64,000 bases of DNA from the human T2T-CHM13v2.0 reference genome, Homo sapiens. Location: assembly GCF_009914755.1 (NCBI RefSeq), contig NC_060931.1; one strand, written 5' to 3'. The translations under genes and the position numbers were made by a program. Of this stretch, positions 51,876 through 64,000 are shown piece after piece; positions within the stretch are counted from its first letter, which is position 1, and every line of letters starts with the position of its first letter. The notes below the pieces were generated by a model. The model was not told the origin of the DNA, searched no databases, and was given only the letters and a program-made list of their open reading frames with translations.

Positions 51876-53289
51876 TATATAGCAGTATAGTTAGGGCTTT
51901 TCCAAGTAATGACTTTTGCAATCTGTGTATCAACATTTACCTTAAATGAAATTCAGATGACTGAATTCTTCAAAGAATTAAATACTAGAATGACCATCAA
52001 GAAGCAGTTCTCTAAATTACTACCACCCAGAAAAATGTTTAAATGAAGTGAGTGAAATTTAAAAACTCCCAGTGATTTCAGGAGTCTTACAGATTCATTA
52101 TTAAATGCGCCATCTTTCAAGACAAAATAAACCTTCAGGTTAGGAATCACATGAACAATTTATCTGGATCAAAAAACTGGTGGCTGAGTTGAGATACTTG
52201 CAGAATAACCAGGCAGCTTGTTGAATGAATCTTCTTTTAATTATAAAAAATTTTTTTAGAGACAACGTCTTGCTATGGAGTATAGTACCTATTCACAGGC
52301 GCCATCATAGCACACCACAGCATTGAACTCCTGGGCTCAAATGATCTTCCTGCTTCGGCCCCCAAGTAGCAGGGACTACAGGCATGCACCACCATGCTCA
52401 GCTTGAGTGAATCTTTTTAACTGGAGAAATTCTCTTTTTTTTAGACATGGTCTTGTTATGTTGCCCCAGCTGGTCTTGAACTCCTGGGCCCAAGCAATAG
52501 TCCCACCTTGTCTTCCTAAATAAAGTGCTAGGATTACAGGTGTGAGTCACTGTGCCCAGCCCTACTAGAGACATTTGAAATGCAGATATTTGAAAGCTGT
52601 ATAATCAGTAGTTAATATGGACTTACATGCAAATATGTTTGACTTCTTGATAACCTGGCAGTTAGTTCAGTGTTGCAGCATGAATCTTCTCCCTCTTTTC
52701 CTTGAATCCTTGGTTGTGGGTGTTTCATAAAAAGTCTTAACCTTTAAGGGTGAAAGGTGCCAAACACAGTTCTTCTGCCCCACAAATGCACTGTCTGCTT
52801 GGAGAGAAGCTATTTGATTCCTGCACAGCTCCTGGGGCCGCCTCCCATACAGTGTTCTGTGTGAGTGGAGGCCCCAGAAATCTGCACCGAGTTGGCCCAG
52901 GAGACAGGTGCTCAGGTGTGTTAGCTGGTCGTGGTGGTGGGCTCTGTAATCCCAGCTACTCTGGAGGCTGAGGCAGGAGAATCACTTGAACCTGGAGGCG
53001 GAGGTTGCAGTGAGCCGAGATTGTACCATTGCACTCCAGCCTGGTGACAAGAGTGAAACTCCGTCTCAAAAAAAAAAAAAAAAAAAAAAACTGCAATGGT
53101 TTTCTTTCCTTGTTCCATACTGCTTTCTGATTTTTGACTGTTTCACTGTCCTTCCTTTATAGACCCCTCTTCTGAAGTTACATTATGTTATAGACAACTC
53201 CAGATCTTTCTCTTTAGCCCCATATTTAACTGCCCAGGTGTCTGGTCTCACCAGCTTGTCAGACTCCTGATAGTAAAAGTTGAACTCCA

Positions 53290-53998
<709 letters not shown>

Positions 53999-55061
53999 TT
54001 AGAATCTTCTTTTCTACCTTTTCATGGGTAGCTCCTACTTGCCTTTCAAGTTTTAGTGTAAATGTCACTTCAGGAAGGTGTCCTCCGCCCTTGGTTACAT
54101 TTAGTAAATGATGTCTCACAGTTATATGTTCCCTTAGTTGTTGGCATATCCCCCCTCATGGTTCTGTATCCTTAGTCTTTTTGTTTGATATCTGTCTTCC
54201 TTCTGCTGCTGCCTCCCCCATCTCTGAGGGCATGAATATTATGTGTTCTGTTCATTATTTTATCCCTTTTGAGCACATGATAGGAGTTTAGAAAATATTT
54301 GTTGAATGAATAAGTGAAGCATTAAACAAGAAAAAGGATTTGGGTGTTAGATATACTTGATTTGAATCCACTTCCAAAACTTTACTTTTTTTTTTTTTTT
54401 TTTTTGATATGAGGTCTTGCTATATTGCCCAGGCTGGCCTCGAATTCCTGGGCTCCAGTGATCCTCCCACTTCAGCCTCCTGAGTAGCTGGTACTACAGA
54501 CCAGCTAGTGTGCCCATTTTCAAAACTTAACCTCTTAGATCCTCTTTCCTTATCTGTGAAATGGAGATAATACCTATCTTAGAGATAATACCCATCTCAG
54601 ACTAAATGAGAAAGACTAAAAGGTACACAGCACAGTATTTGACATGTAAGTGCTCTGTAAATAACAACACAACACTTCCGAGCATTTCCTGTAGGCAGTG
54701 TTAGAAACTTCATAAACTTTGCATATATTAACTCATGCAGTCTTCACAATAGTCCTATAAGGAAGGCGGGAAATAATATCCCCAGAGTTTAGGTAACTGT
54801 CCAAAGTTTCTACTTCCTAAGTGGGACCCAGAAACTGCCCTAGTATCTTCATGCTGTAGTTTTATTTCCTATTCTCCTTTTTTTTTTTTTTTTTTAAAAA
54901 ATAGAGACAGGATCTCATGCTGTTGCCTAGGCTGGTGTGCAGTGGCATCATCATAGCTCACTGCTGCCTTGAACTCCCAGTCTGAAGTGATCCTTTTACT
55001 TCAGCCCTCTGAGCAGCTAAGACCACAGCATAGGCACGTGCCACAATGCCCAGCTTTTTAA

Positions 55062-55208
<147 letters not shown>

Positions 55209-55672
55209 TAAAATCAGTACTAGGATCAATAATGGATTAGATTAGATTATAATATAATTAGTATACATCTAATTAGCACATAATGAATATACATCTAACT
55301 AATACATTGGTTTGCTCAGGCTCTTTGTTTTCCAGATCAAGAAACTGAGACCTAGAAGCTAAATAACTTCATAGAGGTTTCATACTTAGATCGTGGCAGA
55401 GACAAGCTAGTACAGGTTCCAGGTTCAGCATTTCCCAAAGGATTGGTATTTCTAATTTTAATAGGAAAAGTTAGCATTTAGTTTTCCTGAATTGGATTTC
55501 AGAAATACAATCATCCTAATTTAAAATTATGTTATTACTAAATAATACAAGTAGCACAAATTTGCTTTTGGCTAAAATGTTTTATATTCCTTTGCAGTTA
55601 TTATAATGTGTAAATTTGAAATGAAAATACATACACATAACTGAATGGGGTCTTTTATTTTTGCACAATTAG

Positions 55673-55783
55673 AATGTCACGTCATCTCCTCAGTATTCTA
55701 CATTCCTAGAACATATCATCCCTCGATTCCTTACATTTCTCCAAGATGGAGAAGTTCAGTTTCTTCAGGAGAAACCAGCACAG
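55673..55783 (+). CDS. TRRAP: TRRAP exon 4 (NVTSSPQYSTFLEHIIPRFLTFLQDGEVQFLQEKPAQ)
   Basis: ttag|AAT ... CAG|gtaatg; 111 nt. Confidence 0.96.
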
Positions 55784-56111
55784 GTAATGTAAAAAAATAA
55801 CATGAGAAGACAAGGGTGCTGTGGGATTGTGACCAGTTACGAATTAACTCAGAAAACTTACGGTTCCACTTAAAAACGAAAGAGGTTTTGTCACATAAGG
55901 ATAACTTTGTTCAAGACCGCTGCCTCCTCAGTTACATGTCTTGGTTTGATTTTTGTCTAGGACGTCCCTTTTACAATTTAAATTATTCACATTTGCCAAC
56001 TGATGACATGTGTGTACACTGTTTACTATAGACCAGTGCAAATGTATACAGAAGAAGGAATGACTACCCCCCATACCTATTGCCTAGCTCCAATCTTACT
56101 GTCTTATTAAT

Positions 56112-56151
<40 letters not shown>

Positions 56152-56453
56152 CAAGGTCTCACTCTGTCACCCAGTCTGGAGTGCAGTGGTGCCAATCATA
56201 GCTCACTGCAGCCTTGACTTCTTGGGATCAGGTGATCTTCCCACCTCAGTCTCCCCAGTAGCTGGGACTACTGGTGTGCGCCACAATGCCTGGCTAATTT
56301 TTAAAAAATTTTCTGTAGAGAATGGGGGTCTTGCTGTGTTGCCCAGGCTGGTCTTGAACTCTTGAGCTCAATAGATCCTCCTTCCTCAGCTTCCCAAAAT
56401 TCTGGTATTACAGGTGTGAGCCACTACGCCTAGCCTAGTGTCAGTTCTTATAG

Positions 56454-56771
<318 letters not shown>

Positions 56772-56877
56772 TGACCTCAGGTGATCCGCCCACCTCGGCC
56801 TCCCAAAGTGCCGAGACTACAGGCGTGAGCCACTGCGCCCGGCCTACCACTTTTTCTATAAATATTTCAGCATGTAG

Positions 56878-57087
<210 letters not shown>

Positions 57088-57767
57088 TAGCCAGGATGGT
57101 CTCGATCTCCTGACCTCGTGATCTGCCCACCTCGTCCTCCCAAAGTGCTGGGATTACAGGCGTGAGCCACCGCGCCCGGCCCAGCATGTAGCTCTTAAAA
57201 ATAACTTTTAAAAAACGTTCCCATAATACCAGCTTATTAGTAAATAAAGTATTTTTATATCATGCCAGTGTGAGACCTTACATATTTGACCTTTTAGTTG
57301 TCAGCTCCACAGACAGAATCACAGAAGCTTAGTACAGCTCATGATATAACTAGTCCTTGGGCCCAAGGTAGTTGGCGATAGCATTATGGGAGCTAATGCG
57401 AGATGGTAAGGGGAGATCCCAAACTATGTTCAGTTTGTGTTTTGCTCTTTTTATCTTCAATGAACTCCATGTTCGTACACCAGTGTCCGTTGGACTTACT
57501 GATAAGCCGTGGAAGGGGAGAAATTGGCTTAGTCGATTTGGTACAGAGTTGTAGAAATACTGAAAATGATCATCTGCAGTACTTACTTTGGGTTACATTT
57601 AAGTAGTTTCTAGGACTGCTTGAAAAACTGGGTCCATTTTGTAGGATGGTGGTTCATTCCTAGTGCTGGGTGTAAACAGCTGTGTGACACTTGCAGAGTG
57701 TGAGATAATTAATTTGGAACCCTTGGAAGTATTTTTATCCTTACATTTATTTATTTTTTCTTGCCAG

Positions 57768-57872
57768 CAACTGCGGAAGCTCGTACTTGAAATAATTCAT
57801 AGAATACCAACCAACGAACATCTTCGTCCTCACACAAAAAATGTTTTGTCTGTGATGTTTCGCTTTTTAGAG
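57768..57872 (+). CDS. TRRAP: TRRAP exon 5 (QLRKLVLEIIHRIPTNEHLRPHTKNVLSVMFRFLE)
   Basis: ccag|CAA ... GAG|gtaagt; 105 nt; Tra1/TRRAP HEAT-repeat region. Confidence 0.97.
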
Positions 57873-58296
57873 GTAAGTTTTGAGAATTAATTCTTGTCGT
57901 ATAGCCGTATGTAAAACTTTCACTGATTTTTCTTATGGTAAATTTCAGCATTATACAACTGTTTTATCTTTCTCCCAAATTCCAAGTCACATGAGTAAAA
58001 ATTTTTCTTAATGTCCCTTTTCCCCCATTTCCTCCACTCAGAAAGATTACTTAATTGAAAATCATTGTTTGAGTTACTGAGGAATTGGCCAGACATAGTA
58101 GGTACCTTTGAAACAGTTGCGGATGGTGAGCCGGGTGCGGGCCCGCAGACGCCCAGTGAGTGGCTCACTTGCATTGTTCTTTCCGTGTGTATCTCCAGTG
58201 TGGCGCATCACACCTAGTACATGCTCATAAAGAGTATCTCACATCCTTGGGGTGAATCCATCTGGTACCTCCAAATTGTTTTCTTGCTTCTCTTAG

Positions 58297-58455
<159 letters not shown>

Positions 58456-59141
58456 TAGCTGATTTTTGTATTTTTAGTAGAGATGGGGTTTCGCCATGTT
58501 GGTCAGGCTTGTCTTGAACTCCTGACCTTGTGATCCACCCGCTTTGGCCTCCCAAAGTGCTCGGATTACAGGCGTGAGCCACCTCGCCCAGCCCTCCTAA
58601 TCTTGATGCAGTTAGATTTCAGTCGTGTTTCTGGGCCTATTGGAAAGATGAGCTTGGATTCTGTCTTGGCTGGGGCGCTTTGTTGCTGTGTCATGTCAGC
58701 CACAGTGCTTAACCCCTGAGATATCATGCCCTCACAGGTCAGATGTAGATGGAACCCCATCCTCACAGAGCATTTGTAAGGTGCTTAGCACAGGGTCCAG
58801 TCCTTGGCACTTGCCCAATAATTCTTTCCTGGTCTTTTCACAATATTGTCCAACAATGGAAAGTGTCATTTGGGCCATGAAGTCCTTAGCTCCTGGTGCC
58901 ACTTTCCACAAAGGCCAGTGAAGCCCCTGTCCAGGTTACTCATGCAGAGCTGGCTGGTGGGATTCCCTTCTGGTGGTGCACCGAAGCTTTCTGTCTGGGA
59001 CAACTGTGTTCTGTGAGCTGATGAATTTTCAGCAAATCCAATAGTTGGTTGATGGAAAGTGTGTGTGCAGAAACTGCTGAGAAAATTAGCCTTTAAAGTG
59101 AGTCTTCAGAAGTATAACTTTCATTAAATGCTTTTTTTTAG

Positions 59142-59225
59142 ACGGAAAATGAAGAAAATGTTCTTATTTGTCTAAGAATAATTATTGAGCTACACAAACA
59201 GTTCAGGCCACCGATCACACAAGAA
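59142..59225 (+). CDS. TRRAP: TRRAP exon 6 (TENEENVLICLRIIIELHKQFRPPITQE)
   Basis: tttag|ACG ... GAA|gtaagt; 84 nt. Confidence 0.97.
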
Positions 59226-59979
59226 GTAAGTTGTTTAAAATCCTTATAGCATTTATAAAGTGTGTCAACATGTTCCTTCTGTGAAATTTTTTGCTGTCTC
59301 AAAGTTGGCTGAACACATACTGTTTTCAAGTGTAGAAATACAGCCTAAGTTTGGGGCAATTCTTTATGAGTTTAACAGTGACTTAAAAAAATGTTATTAT
59401 CAATACTTTGCTAAATTGGTTCAGTAGTTGAAATGTATTAAATGACCAAACTGACAGGTTATTTGGGCTGTTCTGGTATTTATGCGTATGATGTACAAGT
59501 CATTGTATGTTGTACAGGGATTAAGATGTGGGCTCTGAAGCCAGAGCCGGGTTTGAATCTCACCTCTGCAATTCAGTAGCTGTGTGACATTGGTTAAGTT
59601 TGTAACCTTTTGGAGATTTTTCTGTAAAGTGACAATAATCATAGTATGTCCTTAAAATGTCATTTGAGGAATTAGACATAAAGTTTAAAGTTATTAGCAC
59701 AGTGATTGGCATCTACCTATACAGTAAGCAGCAAGTATACATTTACCATAATTATATCTTCTCTGATGATAACCTAAATAAGTGCCTGTTATAGATGATT
59801 TAAGGTAGAAATTAAATTATTTATTAAAATTAAAAATTATTTATTGAATTAAATAACTTAAAATAGAAATTAAAAGCATAAAGATGAAATAGGATTCCTA
59901 CCATCTCAAAAACAGGATTTTATGTCTTGGTGATTTTCTTTCCTTTCCTTTCTCTTTTCTTTTGTTGTTTTTTTTTTAG

Positions 59980-60198
<219 letters not shown>

Positions 60199-60218
60199 TA
60201 ACTCCTGACCTCATGTGA

Positions 60219-60416
<198 letters not shown>

Positions 60417-61106
60417 TAAAAAAATTTTTGTAGAGACAGAGTCTGTCTATGTTGCCCAGGCTGGTCTCAAACTCCTGGCCTCAAGTGATCCTCTAGTCTT
60501 GGCCTCCCGAAGTGTCAGGATTGTAGGCATGAGCCACTGTGCCCATCCACAATTATTTTTTAATGGGTACATAGTATTCTTTCTTATGGGTGTCCTTATT
60601 TCTGGATATTGAAGGTATTTCAAATTTCTTATTTTAATGGTTATTATGGAATACCTTTGTTTACTGTTCAAATTATTTCATAGACTAGCTTTGTAGGAGA
60701 ATTACCGAGGCAAAGGCATTGAAGTGTTAATGCTCCTGTGTTAAGCTGATTTCTAGGAAGGTTTCAGTGGTTTACGGCCCCACAGTATATGAGAGTCTTT
60801 CTCTCGTTCCATCCTATCAGGCATTGTGTATTACTATTTTGTGAAAGGCAAAAACTGGCATTTATTTTAATTTTCAACTCTTTGCTCTTCCTGAATCAGA
60901 AACTTGTTATCTGTTTATCAGTCCTTTATATTTACTTATTTTTTTGTTTGTTTACATCCATTGCCTATTTGTATCTTGAGCCCACCATTTTCCTTACCTC
61001 TCTTATGAGTTCTTACGTAGTAAGACAATTACAACTTTTCTTATTTATTATGGGTATTTTCTGTTTATGAATATCTTCCTATAACGAAAGTGTCTGCTTT
61101 TTTTAG

Positions 61107-61163
61107 ATTCATCATTTTCTGGATTTTGTGAAACAGATTTACAAGGAGCTTCCAAAAGTAGTG
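61107..61163 (+). CDS. TRRAP: TRRAP exon 7 (IHHFLDFVKQIYKELPKVV)
   Basis: tttag|ATT ... GTG|gtatgt; 57 nt. Confidence 0.96.
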
Positions 61164-61883
61164 GTATGTTTTTACTTTGGTTTTAATTAGTTACATTTGT
61201 TTATACTTCCTTATTCCAAAAAGACTTTAGAACAGTTGGGTTGCAGAAATAGTGTGTGGGGAGGGTTTACTATTTTAGAATGGGGAATGTTTAGCAATGG
61301 TTAAAAACTGGGTTGATAAGTCAGCCATTCAAAAAAGTAGCTTTTTTAGTTTTTCTGTTTCACTTAAGTACTTTTTTTGTACATAAAGGCAATATGTTTT
61401 TATTGTAGAAATTTTGGAAAAATAATTGTCATAATTCATTTACTGGTAAGCAACCATTGACATGGAGGTTTTGCTTTTGGTTTTCACTTTGTGCATTTTA
61501 AAGACGGTTGAGTTTACAGGCTCGAAGACTTTTTGGGGAGGTGGTGTATATTTTCAGTTTTTTTTTAAATTTTACTAACTTTTTTTTCGATCTCATTAAG
61601 AACTCTTTATAAGCAGTGCCACAATATACAGGTTTGTGGAGTAGAGGAGGAAAATCTCCTCATCTCCTTCCTGCTTATTAGAAGTAAACACTCTTGCCAG
61701 TTTGGAATAGCTTCTTCCAGACTCTTCTTCTGGGAATCATAATTCTTTCTTTTTTTTTGGCTGGGGGTGCGGGGGTACGGGGTCTCTGTCTGCCCAGGCT
61801 GGAGTATAGTGGCGTGATCTCTGCTCACCGCAGCCTCCACCTTCTGAGTTCAAGCAATTCTCCTGCCTCAGCCTCCCAAGTAG

Positions 61884-62048
<165 letters not shown>

Positions 62049-62099
62049 TAAAAAGTTTTTAAATTGATATAGGATAAAATTGACTCTTTTTGGCATTTA

Positions 62100-62630
<531 letters not shown>

Positions 62631-63085
62631 TTAGAGAGTGAAAAATTAATCAGTGGGGACTGCCAGCTCGTAGTTTCTTCCCAGAAGGGATGGAGTGCTT
62701 TCTTTCCTGCCTCACTGTGGTAGGAATGTAATAGGGTTTGTATTTAATCATTTATTAGCCAGGGCAAAAAGAGTAGAAAATACTTTTAGGCAAGCTTTGT
62801 CTTCTGTTGTTGAAGATGGAGAACATGGTCCCTGTCGTGTTATCTTTATGGTCCTGTGGGAAGAGTAAACGTCTAGTGTGTGTTGGTTTAGGCTTTAAGG
62901 GGCATTGGAAAATGAATGGCTGAGCCTAAATACTGTGGAGTTGGTGCAGCATAAAAATGTAGAACATACTGTTTTTTTCCACCAAAGAGTCAAGCGTCTT
63001 TTTGTTTTGTTTTGTTTTGTTTTTTTTTTTTGAATGAATATTGGGTTTGACTTTAGGAAAAAATATTTTTATGACTTTTATGTAG

Positions 63086-63211
63086 AACCGCTACTTTGAG
63101 AACCCTCAAGTGATCCCCGAGAACACAGTGCCTCCCCCAGAAATGGTTGGTATGATAACAACGATTGCTGTGAAAGTCAACCCGGAGCGTGAGGACAGTG
63201 AGACTCGAACA
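63086..63211 (+). CDS. TRRAP: TRRAP exon 8 (NRYFENPQVIPENTVPPPEMVGMITTIAVKVNPEREDSETRT); gene continues past the window
   Basis: tgtag|AAC ... ACA|gtaagt; 126 nt; 633 coding nt (211 codons) in the window in total. Confidence 0.96.
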
Positions 63212-64000
63212 GTAAGTGTTTCGCTGAGTTATTTCTACCCGTGGCTCCTGTAGTTTCGGATACTGGCCTGTTAAACCATTTTTTTTTCTCTTAAATACTT
63301 GGAGGCATTTAAGACAAACGTGTGTGCCTGGCAAAGCATCACTGGTCCTTCTCTGCAGCCTGGGAGGGGTGAAAGTGACCTTTTGGGTGTCATTGATGCC
63401 AGGCTAGAAAGATAAGGTTGTTGTTGAAACCCAGAATCACCCTGCTGGGAAGAGCAGCAGACCAGGTGTGGGGTGTCTGTTCTGTCCCTTAGCTTTGAGT
63501 CTTTTGACATTAATAAAGTCCCTTAAACTATAGATAAAAGCATATAGCTCAGTGACTGAGAGTGTGGGCTCTAGGACAGAGAGCTCCAGTACAATGTCCT
63601 GGCCCCACTGGGGTTTTCTGACTCCAAGAAAGTTAATGAACCTGCGTTCTGACCTTATTTTTCCTCTCATTATCTAAAAAACCTGTCTCACGGACTTTGT
63701 GAAGGTAATGCTGGCATGGTCCGCAGGTAATGTATCGTATATTTGTGGTGTCTGCCACATAGGTAACATGTTTTGAGCACTTACTATGACAATTTTTGTG
63801 ATTGAATTATTATCCATGTTTGTTTTTCTGAAATGGTTGTGCAGAGTGTTTCAGTTGTGCTAGGATGAACAAGAAACTTTGAGTAACGCTTTCCTCCTTT
63901 TGTTGTTCTTAGTTAGAAATTTGTTTTCTGAGTATCATTCCTTTGTATTTTCTTTTTTCCTTGTCTGTTGATATCCATTGCCCATCTGTATTTTGAGCCT

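Overview
Alu-dense mammalian DNA that I recognise as human 7q22.1, with two divergent genes. TMEM130 is complete on the minus strand: 8 coding exons that I spliced by hand to 1308 nt (435 aa, PKD-domain type-I membrane protein). Its polyA signal is at 11841-11846 and its CpG-island promoter at ~34.7-35.9 kb. The 5' part of TRRAP is on the plus strand: non-coding exon 1 in a second CpG island, then exons 2-8 encoding the first 211 codons; the gene continues beyond the window. TRRAP intron 2 holds a box C/D scaRNA (SCARNA28) whose guide predicts 2'-O-methylation of U2 snRNA U47, overlapped by the MIR3609 hairpin. Intron 3 holds an antisense U13 (SNORD13) retrocopy. The remainder is Alu, L1, L2, MIR and hAT DNA-transposon sequence plus micro- and minisatellites. 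I found no wholly new gene system. The most interesting unexplained structure is: (1) mutually exclusive pairing between the MIR3609 hairpin and the SCARNA28 terminal stem; (2) a ~700-bp duplicate of the TMEM130 CpG-island shore that has lost many of its CpGs; (3) a TRRAP uORF; (4) a G4-forming 50-bp minisatellite in TRRAP intron 1; (5) miR-34-family sites in a duplicated TMEM130 3'UTR motif; (6) CTCF-like motifs bracketing TMEM130. Gene and repeat names come from sequence recognition, not database searches.
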